Shown piece by piece: positions 41,890 to 51,485 of a DNA stretch of 64,000 nucleotides. This DNA comes from Candidatus Marinacidobacterales bacterium (GTDB lineage Bacteria > Acidobacteriota > Vicinamibacteria > Marinacidobacterales > DATDRI01), in contig CBDCNP010000002.1 of NCBI GenBank assembly GCA_965219415.1, positions 4,032,001-4,096,000 of the forward strand. Direction: 5' to 3'. The notes beneath the pieces are model-generated. The model was not told the DNA's origin and made no database searches. It saw only the letters and a program-made list of their open reading frames with translations. Numbering within the stretch: position 1 is the stretch's first letter; every line of letters starts with the position of its first letter. The position numbers and the translations under genes were made by a program.

Positions 41890-43590
41890 TCAGTTGGTAG
41901 GCGCTAGCCGCTCGAGCTCTTCGAACCAGTTGAGGATCACGTTCAATTCTCGGGGTGCCGTTTCGGGCGGGGTTCGGATCATCAAGAACCGCTGGCCGTC
42001 GAGGTTCACATCGTAGCCCGGATGGCGTTCGAAGTGCTGGAAACGGCCTTCGAATAGCAAGCGCGGCTCACCAGCCGAGAATCCCGATTGGGTCGTGATG
42101 GGAACCGCCATCATCTGGTCGCCGTTCCGATAGAAGAGCTCGTTTCCGTTCCGAGCCCACACAGGTTCGGTACCTCCCTCGGTAGAGATTTGCCACTTGC
42201 CGCCCAAACCAGGGAACGCTTGGACGTAGACCTCGAACCGTCCGGATTCATCGGACTGGTGGGCCAACCAGCGGCCGTTCGGAGAGAGGGCGGCGACTGG
42301 TTCACTGAACGGTGTGCTGAGAACTACCTGCGCTTCCTTGTCGCCTTCGAGCGGGATAAACCAGATGTCGGTCCCGGGTTTCGTGATGGCCTACCACGAA
42401 TACAAGCACCTTGCCATCCGGCGACACCATCATCGGGTGTTTGTCGTATTCGCTCGTGAAAAAGGGCTCCTCTTCGGCACTTCCGTCGGCCGGCTTCCAA
42501 AAGAGGTCGAAGACCGGGCGATCGCTCATGTACAGGAGCTTCGTCCCGTCCGGAGTCCAAATCGGTCTCTGGTCGCTAGTGGGATCGAACGTCAAGCGCG
42601 GTCAGGGTTCCGCGTCCGAGCTCGTGGATCATATGTCTCGATTGCTGCCCTCGATCATCAGGGCCACGCGGCTCCCGTCGGGTGAGAGTCTGGGGTGGGC
42701 ATACGGGCGGCGGACGTCGGTGACGGACTCCATCGCACCGGTACGATCCACCCAGACCAGCTCTCTATCTGCCGACAGCACGGAGGACGGGATGTAAACG
42801 AGCGAACCATCATCGGAAAAGCTTGCCTGTGAATGACCGTTGGATGGATGCAAAGGAACGTCCTGGAGCACGGGGACAGGCGCCGCGGTCGCTTCGAGCC
42901 GGGCGAGGTCGAATGGTGCCGCCATGAGCGTGTTCCGCCGTGCAAAGACCAAATGGCCGGTGCGTGCGTAGCGTCCGAACGATCCGCCTTCCATCACCGT
43001 CTGCTGTTCCATCGTCTCCAGGGACAGCGCAACAATCCGCGACGTCTCGGCGGGTGTGGAGAACGCGGTGAAGAGCACTGTCTTGCCATCCGGCAAAGCT
43101 TGCGGCCACCAATGACCGAGCGTGCCCTCGGTAGCCTCAGGGGCGGTCAGCTCCTCCGGTGTGCCGCCGGCGTCGGAGACTCTCCAAAGGCCACTGTTGT
43201 AACTCGGTGTGTAGATGATAGTCCCATCGGCTCCCCAGGTTCCGTGACCCCAAGCGGCCTCCGCGAGCTCCGTGGGGGCTCCGCCCTCGACGGAGATCTT
43301 CTTGAGCTTCCCATCGGCAAAGAAACCGACCGACCTTCCATCCGGAGAGAAGAAAGGATTCTGTGCACCTTCTGTCTGGGCCACGGGTTTGGCCTCGAAC
43401 GCATCCAGCTCGCGCAGATAGAGCTGCCTCGTTTTCCCACTGCTGGCCGCGTACACCAAGCGCCTACCGTCGGGCGATAGGGTCACCAAGAGATTGTTGG
43501 CGACGTCTAGCTGTTCGGTCGGCGGCAGCGTAATGGATAATCGGACGGTCTCTTTTGATCGCGGAGTTTCGAGCGACCTCCACGCCAGAA
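41890..43590 (-). pseudogene. PD40/TolB-like propeller (C-terminal part of a kinase-propeller protein), frameshifted, kinase domain missing
   Basis: SPDG repeats, SDESGRFEVYV, NWFEELERL across several frames. Confidence 0.8.
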
Positions 43591-43699
43591 CCCGAGAGCG
43601 GCGAGTTCGGTGGCTGGTGCAAGGTCCTTAGACGGCCCGAAGGTGAGGACACACATTGGACGTTTTTGCTGAAGCTCGTCCCACCGGCCCGGAAAGAAA

Positions 43700-43915
43700 G
43701 TGCGTTTCGCAGCCATCGCCGGGAGTAACGAAGAGGGATACCTTCTCGCCGGTAGTGCGATCGATGCCCAGGGACGTCGTACCTTAGAGGCCGGGAGTTA
43801 CCTGTTTCACAGCGCCGGCGCTCCACACGCCGGCTTCTTGGACGAAGAGCGTCTGGTCCTGGTGCACTACGACGGCGACCCGGACATCGTTCAGGAGTTC
43901 GAGGTCGTGGACTGA
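43700..43915 (+). pseudogene. C-terminal fragment of a cupin-like protein
   Basis: EEGYLLAGS..GSYLFHSAGAPH; a second copy at about 47997-48133. Confidence 0.5.
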
Positions 43916-43939
43916 GAGGCCGGATAGAGACTCCGGCCC

Positions 43940-45559
43940 CTACCGATCCCCCGGTCGCACCGTCGGGTACTCGATGCCTAGCTGCTCGAGGTAGGTGTCG
44001 TACTTCGAGGGGTCGTAGTAGTACTTCCGCATCTCCTCACGGAAATCACCCATTCTCTCGGTGTTCAAGTGGACGGCGGGCGAGTCCGACTCCCCAATGA
44101 AAGGCGTGTATTCCCTGTCCTTGGTCTGCACGTCATTGAAGTAACTCCACGCGGCTCGAACCTTCTCCGGATCGAGAAAAAAATCCAGGGCGGTCAACGC
44201 CAGTACCTTGGCGCCAGCCGTTGAGCCTTTGTGCGCGATCGGCGTCGCCATCGCCACCGCGCTCGACCAGTGGTGGCCACCACCCCCCGTTGCGAAGTTG
44301 GCCGGGTAGCGAAGCGTCACCGTCGGTACGACCCAAGACACGTCGCCGATATCGTCCGAGCCTCCTCCAGTGCGAGGCTTGGGAGCCGGCCCACGGATCT
44401 CCGTGAGCTCGGTCCGGAGACCGGCAACACCAGACCATGGGCCGCGGTTTTCCTCCTCCGGGTCGAATCCCATCTCCGCTTGCAGAGCCAAGGCGAGCGC
44501 CACGTCGGCCTCGCTCCACTCCGGCAGACCGACCTGTACGATATTCTCGTACATCGTCTCGGCGATCACCTTGTTGAAGTGCCTCGGCCATGCAGACCCC
44601 AGAATTCGCGACTCGACTTCGGTCTCGGTCATCGCCGCGGCAGCCTGGCTGATCGTCGCGCCGATGTCGTAGAGGCGCTTGATATGATCGTAGTCGAGCT
44701 CGCGGTAAAAGTACCAGACCGATGCCAGCGGAGGCACGACGTTCGGCTGATCGCCGCCGTTGGTGATCACGTAGTGGATGCGAGTGGGAAGGCGGAGATG
44801 CTCGCGACGAAAGTTCCACGCCGCGTTCATCAGCTCCACCGCATCGAGCGCGCTTCTACCCCGCCAGGGGGCACCGGCGCCGTGCGCCGCTTTGCCGGTA
44901 AAGGTGTGCTCCACCGAGACCAATCCGTTTCCAGCCGCGTCTCCCCAGCTCACGTTGAGGTTGTGACTGACGTGAGTGAAGAAAACCATGTCCACGACAT
45001 CGAACACACCCTCCCGCACGAGATAGGCCTTGGTAGCCACCAGCTCTTCCGCGACTCCCGGCCAGAGCATCAAGGTACCCGAGATGTTCTCTCGCTCCAT
45101 GATCTCCTTCAGCACCAGGGCCGCGGTGACGTTGACGGCCTGGCCGGAGTTGTGCCCCTCGCCGTGACCCGGGGCTCCTTCGACGATGGGAGAGTGGTAC
45201 GCCACCCCCGGCTTCTGAGAGGCTTTGGGGATGCCGTCGATGTCGCTGCCGAACGCGATCACCGGTTTGCCCGAGCCCCATCGCGCCACCCAAGCGGTGG
45301 GAATACCGGCGACTCCTCGCTCAACGCTGAAGCCGTTCTCCTCGAGGATCCCCGTCACGAAGCGGGACGTTTCGATTTCTTGAAAACCAAGCTCACCGAA
45401 ACTGAAGATGCTGTCCACCATCACCTGGGTGAGCTTGGCCCGGTTCTCCACCTCGGCGAGCGCTTCTTCCTTGAGACGGCCAAGCCTCTCGTCGGACGCT
45501 GCAGCCGCAGCTTGACTCAGCCAGACAATCCCCACCAGCATCATCCATCGCACGCGCAT
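43940..45559 (-). CDS. Exported M20 amidohydrolase (AbgB-like)
   Basis: ELGFQE, GHGEGHN, AEE, GRSALDAVEL, GGSDDIGDVSW. Confidence 0.9.
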   Translation of the reverse strand: MRVRWMMLVGIVWLSQAAAAASDERLGRLKEEALAEVENRAKLTQVMVDSIFSFGELGFQEIETSRFVTGILEENGFSVERGVAGIPTAWVARWGSGKPVIAFGSDIDGIPKASQKPGVAYHSPIVEGAPGHGEGHNSGQAVNVTAALVLKEIMERENISGTLMLWPGVAEELVATKAYLVREGVFDVVDMVFFTHVSHNLNVSWGDAAGNGLVSVEHTFTGKAAHGAGAPWRGRSALDAVELMNAAWNFRREHLRLPTRIHYVITNGGDQPNVVPPLASVWYFYRELDYDHIKRLYDIGATISQAAAAMTETEVESRILGSAWPRHFNKVIAETMYENIVQVGLPEWSEADVALALALQAEMGFDPEEENRGPWSGVAGLRTELTEIRGPAPKPRTGGGSDDIGDVSWVVPTVTLRYPANFATGGGGHHWSSAVAMATPIAHKGSTAGAKVLALTALDFFLDPEKVRAAWSYFNDVQTKDREYTPFIGESDSPAVHLNTERMGDFREEMRKYYYDPSKYDTYLEQLGIEYPTVRPGDR

Positions 45560-45589
45560 CGGTTCTCCTCTCCGTTTTTCAGCTACAGA

Positions 45590-46489
45590 TCACGCCGCCT
45601 GACTGGCGGGAGTTGGAGCCTTCCGCTTGCCCACCGCGAAGCCCGCCACCGCGAGAAGGCTCAAGAAAACCGTCACCACGATGGAAACCTGGAGATGTCC
45701 AAGGACGTGCTGTGCCTGGGACATATCGGCGGGCTGGAAGCCTTGGCCGGGGGCATGGACGTAATTGGCAACGCCCAGACCCTCCGTGACATTGATGCCG
45801 TAGACCACCAGCAACGTGAAGCATGCCGCCATCAGCACACCCACTAAAACCATGTGGCCATATCCGCCGAAACCGCGGGCGGGAGCGCGGTAGCCATAGT
45901 AGAAAGACAGGGCCATCGCCAACAAGGTGAGGCTCGTCAACCACGTTCCGATGGCGTAGGGAATTCCCAGAGCTCCCACCAGCATCCGCAACACGGCAAC
46001 CGCCGCCAAGAGCAAGAAGGCGTTACGCAGGTAACCCAAGGGCCGTGAAAGCAAAAAACCTAGGCTCGCAATGCCCCACGACATGACAATCGAGAAACAC
46101 ATAACGATAAGCTGCCCGACGACGTGCTCTCCCATTCCCATGCCCGCCGGAGCGTTCCCGGCCCCCGGGGCATGGAACCAACCGTGAATACCGCCGAAAC
46201 CCTCGACCAGGATCGCCACGATGATGAACCCGTACAGCGTCGCCGACAACAAGAAGGCCACGGGGAGCAAATGCCGATAGCCACCGAAGCCATTGGCCTT
46301 GGCCTGTTGACCGTAGATGAGCGCCGCCAGCGCTGTGACAATGGTCATGCTGACCAGATGCGTGGCGCGATCATACGGGACGCCGGAAGCCCCCACGATG
46401 AAGCGAAGCACTCCCATGGCGAGGATGGCGATAATGCCGGTACGGACGAATTGCAGATAATCGGAGAGGCTCTTACCAAATAAAGTCAT
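45590..46489 (-). CDS. Polytopic membrane protein with two internal repeats
   Basis: VLR..G.PY..GFGGY.H..HAPG..HV.G occurs twice; GGAGG RBS. Confidence 0.8.
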   Translation of the reverse strand: MTLFGKSLSDYLQFVRTGIIAILAMGVLRFIVGASGVPYDRATHLVSMTIVTALAALIYGQQAKANGFGGYRHLLPVAFLLSATLYGFIIVAILVEGFGGIHGWFHAPGAGNAPAGMGMGEHVVGQLIVMCFSIVMSWGIASLGFLLSRPLGYLRNAFLLLAAVAVLRMLVGALGIPYAIGTWLTSLTLLAMALSFYYGYRAPARGFGGYGHMVLVGVLMAACFTLLVVYGINVTEGLGVANYVHAPGQGFQPADMSQAQHVLGHLQVSIVVTVFLSLLAVAGFAVGKRKAPTPASQAA

Positions 46490-46515
46490 GACTCACCTCC
46501 GGAAATGAATTGCGT

Positions 46516-47950
46516 GAGTCAAGCCCATTCTTAGTTGAAACTCTCCACGGCTCACGTTTAAGCGACCTTCTTCTTCGATACGGTTGATGTCTTCGCCTCG
46601 ATCTTCAGTTCCCGCTTGAGAGCTTCGCGAAGCTTGGGAAGATGGCGGTAGCCCACTACCTTCCTCAAGCGCGGTTCGATGTCTACGAGCGCCGTTGCCA
46701 ACCAGCGCTGGCGTTGGCTCGAGTTCTTCCAGTGGTCGACCTTCGCGCAGCGTTCCTCGACGAGAGCATTGACGGACTCAAGGCAGTTCGTCGTCTTGAA
46801 CGAACGGCCCAGCACCGCGTGCACGCCGAGTCGATGCAACGTCAGCGTCTCCTCGAGGCCTTCCTCCAGGCTGCCAGCTGCGGATTGGTTCCGCTCTTCT
46901 AACTCACCGTGGAGTTGCTCGAGCGCAGTGAGGGCCTCTTCGTACTCCGGCCTGTTGTAGGCCCACTGGAGCCGCTTGCGCCATGACGCCTGCTCGCCCT
47001 TGGACAGGTAGCTCACTACGTTTTCACGTTTGTGCCACTGGCAGCGTTGTATCAGGGCCCGCTTACGGAATGCCTTCTTGACTGCCGCTTGGAGACCCTT
47101 GCCGCCGTCGATGATCACCAGCAGACCCTGGGAGATATCGAGTCCCCGCTCGAGCAGTGAACGCAGGAACGGCGTCAACACCTGCGCGTTCTCCGTGTCC
47201 GTCTCCACGAAGCCCAAGAAGCGTTTTTCCCCGCAAAGCGTGATGCCCAGAGCCACGACCATCGTTGCCTCGGCGAATGTCTTCCCATCCAGAAACAGCG
47301 CCACCACATCCTCGCCGGTCAGATCCCGTTCCTGCATCTCCCGCAGCTTCGCAGCGCTCGCTTGCACGAACCCTCGGGACACCGTTGAGCTCGACAGCCC
47401 GATGGCGCCCGGAATCGCTTCCGCTGCCGCCTCGTAGTTGCGACAAGAGATTCCGTAGAGAACTCGTTTCAGCAGAAGATCATTCACCTCACCGCCGTGG
47501 CTCACCGCCTCGTAGCAGCGAAGCGGAATCTCTCCTCCCTCGATGCTCCGAACCCGTGGCACACGGATCGGTACCCGCTGGCCGCCAAGCCCTACCGTGC
47601 CCGGGTTGCTTCCGGGACGGCGACCGCGCTCCAGCTCGTCCTTGCGAGAGTATCGCTCTCCCGCCAACGCCTTCACTTCGTCGTCGAGCAACTCGTGAAC
47701 GTGCATTAGACCAAGGGGGACCAACCAACGGATCATCTCTACCTTGGCGTCCAGCGCGAGTTCCCCGTAATCCTCATGCCTCACCATCTCGACCTCACCC
47801 AAACGACGCGACTTCTTGCGTTTCTTGACCGAACGTAGCAGACTTCCCATCTCGGCTCCTTTCTTCGCGGCTTGATTTTGTTTTGTCCAACGCCATCAAA
47901 CCACGGGGTTTGGAGCCGTTTCAATTCCCAACTAAGATTGGCACACTTTC
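46516..47950 (-). mobile_element. IS256 family insertion sequence with 8-bp target duplication
   Basis: AATTGCGT at 46508-46515 and 47951-47958; imperfect IRs sharing TCTTAGTTG and ACGGCTC. Confidence 0.9.
46558..47850 (-). CDS. IS256/Mutator transposase
   Basis: LFLDG, IIDGGKGL, QRCQWHK, TTNCLESVN. Confidence 0.92.
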   Translation of the reverse strand: MGSLLRSVKKRKKSRRLGEVEMVRHEDYGELALDAKVEMIRWLVPLGLMHVHELLDDEVKALAGERYSRKDELERGRRPGSNPGTVGLGGQRVPIRVPRVRSIEGGEIPLRCYEAVSHGGEVNDLLLKRVLYGISCRNYEAAAEAIPGAIGLSSSTVSRGFVQASAAKLREMQERDLTGEDVVALFLDGKTFAEATMVVALGITLCGEKRFLGFVETDTENAQVLTPFLRSLLERGLDISQGLLVIIDGGKGLQAAVKKAFRKRALIQRCQWHKRENVVSYLSKGEQASWRKRLQWAYNRPEYEEALTALEQLHGELEERNQSAAGSLEEGLEETLTLHRLGVHAVLGRSFKTTNCLESVNALVEERCAKVDHWKNSSQRQRWLATALVDIEPRLRKVVGYRHLPKLREALKRELKIEAKTSTVSKKKVA

Positions 47951-48227
47951 AATTGCGTCACAGTCGGCGCCAAGTATACCCCGACGGTGCCCGCTGGGCA
48001 TCGCCGGGAGCAACCAAGAAGGATACCTTCTGGCCGGTAGTGCGGTAAATGCTCAGGGAAGTCGGACCCTAAAAGCGGGAAGTTACTTGTTTCACAGTTC
48101 GGGGCTCCACACGCCGGTTTCTTGGACGAAGAGGTGTCCCGATTGAAGATCCACGACTGGGCGAAGGCTAATTTCCCGGAGGCGGTGCGGCTATGGTCAA
48201 TCCCGTTCCTTCGCGGAGAGAAGTTTC

Positions 48228-48944
48228 TTAGGACGTGCGCCGGCGTCGCCACCAGACCAAGGCGAGGCCCGCCAGGCCGGGACCGAAAAGGGACATGGTG
48301 CCGGGCTCCGGCACTCGCGACAACTGTGTTAGGAACTCGATGCTTCCGTCACGAGCCTCAAAAGACGGAAACCACGTCCCCGCTGCAACGACCATGGGCT
48401 GGTAGACGTACCGGTAGTAACCGTTCGGCACTTCTCCGTCGTTCTCATTCACATCATCGAGGAGCTGCGCGAGTTCCAGCGTCACCAAGCTGCTGGGATC
48501 CTTAAGAAAGATGTCGAACTGCTCGAGCTGATTCTGGTCCCGCAATTTGTCGCCAAGGGGTGCCTCAGGGTGGCCCAGCTTGACGATCACCTGCAGGAGC
48601 AACTCGGTGTCCTGCGTCAAGGTGAAGGTGTCGGCACCGGTGTCATAATCGATGCGGTTGGTAAGCTCCGGCATCGCAGGGCAACTCAACCCCACGCCTT
48701 GTCTCGGGTCCCGTGGAGGAAACAAGCCGCAGGAATTCGTCAGATTGCCGACCAGGAAGAACGTCGGTCCTGGAACGGGGACGAAATCGCCTGGACCCGG
48801 CACGGGCGTTGGAGCCGGGTCAAGTGGTCCGCCGCCTAGAAAGGTCCTGTCCGCGGTACTGAAATCAAAAACGAAGTCGGCGTCGGCAGAATGGCTAACC
48901 GGTAGGCAAAGGGTTGCGACGATCGAAGTGAGTGAAGCGCGCAT
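48228..48944 (-). CDS. PEP-CTERM sorting-domain protein
   Basis: Signal peptide; VPEPGTMSLFGPGLAGLALVWWRRRR. Confidence 0.9.
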   Translation of the reverse strand: MRASLTSIVATLCLPVSHSADADFVFDFSTADRTFLGGGPLDPAPTPVPGPGDFVPVPGPTFFLVGNLTNSCGLFPPRDPRQGVGLSCPAMPELTNRIDYDTGADTFTLTQDTELLLQVIVKLGHPEAPLGDKLRDQNQLEQFDIFLKDPSSLVTLELAQLLDDVNENDGEVPNGYYRYVYQPMVVAAGTWFPSFEARDGSIEFLTQLSRVPEPGTMSLFGPGLAGLALVWWRRRRTS

Positions 48945-49019
48945 GGCTTATATCTCCCTCTAGATATGAACCTCGCGAGCTGGTTGGGTCTCGCTGGTCG
49001 TCCAGTACCTAGGCTATAA

Positions 49020-49033
49020 GCAAGAAACGGACC
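49020..49033 (-). promoter_or_regulatory. Putative sigma54 -24/-12 promoter of the PEP-CTERM gene
   Basis: GG-TCCGTTTCTT-GC (GG-N10-GC, TTGC) about 75 bp upstream of the ATG. Confidence 0.55.
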
Positions 49034-49086
49034 GAAAGAAACCTTTTTTAGAATCAGCAGATTGTAGCAGCCCAGCCGAGCAAAAG

Positions 49087-49103
49087 TGTAAGAGATGACG
49101 ACA
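49087..49103. promoter_or_regulatory. Putative enhancer site for a sigma54 activator (PrsR-type)
   Basis: TGTAAGAGATGACGACA (TGT-N11-ACA) upstream of the sigma54 motif. Confidence 0.5.
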
Positions 49104-49349
49104 GCCTAAACGGATCTAAACCGCCTGTGACGTTATATATATTGATGGCTCAACCAGTTGAGCAAACGTTGGCGCCGTTCTCGATCCGTGTCATTTATGC
49201 CGACGATGAGACGATAATAAGGAAGGGACTTCGTACACACAACCGATAAGATCCGCGCACCTACGGCGAAGCGTTCAGGAATTCGAGGTCGTGGACTGAG
49301 CCCGGGTCGTCTCGTCTCCTTCGTTCCGATCTCCCAAACCGCTGTGACC

Positions 49350-51485
49350 TCAGCGCCGTGCCTCGCTACGGATCTTTGATAGCGGACTCATGCGGGGACC
49401 GCCCTCTACCAGATCAAGGATCAGCGACCCGGAGGGAGCGCGCGTCACGACCGCGTCCGGCGGTACCACGATCGTCGTTGCGGGGGTTTCCACGATTACC
49501 GGCCCCGATAGAGTGTCCCCGCTGGCGAGCGATTCGAGCCGATAGACCGGTGTGGGGCGGGAACTGCGACCAAAGAAAGCAGCGCGCTCGGTCCTCGGCT
49601 CTGGCCAGGCCTTGCCAACCGGTACTTCCGCCTGAGTCAAATCGGGTAGAGGGCACCGTGCGCTGGCATGCCAAGCGACGAACTCAACCTTCGAGCGCTC
49701 GTCACGGTGCGCGAAGATACGATCGTGGGTGGCGTGGAAATCGCGCCGCAGCACCTCGATGTCCTCGACTCCCGCGAAAGCCTCGACGCGCAGCGGCACC
49801 TCGATTTCCCAGTGCTGACGAGGGTAGCGCGCTTCGACCGCGAATCTAATAGAAGCCCCTTCAGGCGGCACACCGGATTCGGTGATGAACGCTTCGCTGA
49901 GCCGCTTGAGCTTGGCCAGAGTGGCGTTCACTCCGACGAAGTCGAACGCTTCGGTGTCGGTCGCCAGGAAAGCCGATTTGTCGCTGCGAAGATCCGAGAC
50001 CAGCGCACCGGTGGCACTCAGCCCCGCCGCCGTCTCGGGCACGACGATGCGCCGGACGCCTAAGCGCCGCGCAATAGGTACGGAGTACAGGCCGGCTCCG
50101 CCACCTCCGCCGATCATGATCGCTCGGCGGGGATCGACGCCTTGGTTGAGAGTGATCTCTTCGATTGCGATAACCATGCGCTCGCATGCCAGCTCGAAGA
50201 TGGCGCCGGCTGCTTCTTCGGCTCCGAGCCCCAGCCGTTTCCCAACCCGACGTTCCACCGCGGCGGTAGCGAGGTCCGGATCGAGCACCATGTTCCCACC
50301 GAGGAAGTACTCGGGATCGATGTAGCCGAGTAGGACCGCGCTATCGGTGACGGTCGGCTCCCTACCACCGCGACCGTAGGAAGCGGGACCCGGCTCGGAG
50401 CCGGCGCTTTCGGGACCCACGTGCAGTAGCCCACCGTCGTCGACCCACGCGATGGATCCACCACCGGCCCCGATTGACCGAACGTCGAGCGACGGAAACC
50501 CGAGCATGAATCCCGGGAACGGCCCCACAGTGGCCTCGCGATTCCAGGGAATCTCTCCGCCGCGCAGAAGACTTACGTCGAACGTGGTTCCTCCCGCATC
50601 CATCACGATCGCAGTGTCGACGGACGCGTCGAGCCGAGCATAATGCTGGCCCGCACTCGGCGCGGCTGCCGGGCCCGAACCCACCGAGTGAATCGGGGCG
50701 CGCGCAGCTCGATCCGCGTCCAGCACGCCGCCAGAAGACGTGAGGGTTAGTAGCCGACCCGCGAATCCTTCCTCCTTCAATGTCTGGCCAATGCCCGCGA
50801 AGTATCTCGACATCAGCGGCTTGAGGGACGCATCGATCGAGGCGGCAGACGCCCGTCGGTATTCTCGAATCGTTGGATTCAATTGATGCGACAACGTGTA
50901 CGGGACGCCGGGAAGGATTTCCTCGATGAGATCTCCGAGAATGAGCTCATGGGCGGGGTTGACGATGGACCAGAGGAGACAAACCGCGACGGCCTCGACT
51001 TCGATGTCGCCCAGACGCGCGAGGGTGGCACGGGCAGCCGATTCGTCGAGCGGTTTGTGAACAGTGCCATCCCAACACATTCGTTCCGGGATCTCGAACG
51101 TCAGGGCGCGGGGTACGTACGGTTCCGGGAAGGGTTGAGAGAAGTCGAGGGTGCGAAGGCGCCCGCCCCCCTCTCGCCACAGCAAGGTGTCGGGGTGCCC
51201 TTCCGTGCACAACAAGGCGGTACGCGCCGTAGAGGACGTGAGTATCGCGTTCGTGGCTCGCGTCGTGCCGTGAACAATCTGCGTCGCCCGGCCGAGAAGA
51301 TCCCGCTTGGATAGACCGAGACTGTCCGCAGCGATCCCGATGGTGTCGAGCAATCCTCGGGTCGGGTCATCCGGCGTCGTGGAGCTCTTGAACAAGCGCA
51401 GGCCGCCGGGGAGACCGTCCACGATGAGATCCGTGAAAGTCCCTCCGACATCTGCTCCCAAACGGAGCTCCTCGAGCTCGCTCAT
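49350..51485 (-). CDS. Hydantoinase A/oxoprolinase family protein
   Basis: ADVGGTFTD, HGTT, DAGGTTFD, IGAGGGS. Confidence 0.92.
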   Translation of the reverse strand: MSELEELRLGADVGGTFTDLIVDGLPGGLRLFKSSTTPDDPTRGLLDTIGIAADSLGLSKRDLLGRATQIVHGTTRATNAILTSSTARTALLCTEGHPDTLLWREGGGRLRTLDFSQPFPEPYVPRALTFEIPERMCWDGTVHKPLDESAARATLARLGDIEVEAVAVCLLWSIVNPAHELILGDLIEEILPGVPYTLSHQLNPTIREYRRASAASIDASLKPLMSRYFAGIGQTLKEEGFAGRLLTLTSSGGVLDADRAARAPIHSVGSGPAAAPSAGQHYARLDASVDTAIVMDAGGTTFDVSLLRGGEIPWNREATVGPFPGFMLGFPSLDVRSIGAGGGSIAWVDDGGLLHVGPESAGSEPGPASYGRGGREPTVTDSAVLLGYIDPEYFLGGNMVLDPDLATAAVERRVGKRLGLGAEEAAGAIFELACERMVIAIEEITLNQGVDPRRAIMIGGGGGAGLYSVPIARRLGVRRIVVPETAAGLSATGALVSDLRSDKSAFLATDTEAFDFVGVNATLAKLKRLSEAFITESGVPPEGASIRFAVEARYPRQHWEIEVPLRVEAFAGVEDIEVLRRDFHATHDRIFAHRDERSKVEFVAWHASARCPLPDLTQAEVPVGKAWPEPRTERAAFFGRSSRPTPVYRLESLASGDTLSGPVIVETPATTIVVPPDAVVTRAPSGSLILDLVEGGPRMSPLSKIRSEARR

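Noticed and set aside
29163-43590. Kinase fragment and propeller fragment as halves of one inverted gene
   Set aside because: Plausible by domain type, but no shared IS end or junction sequence links them and this family is multicopy
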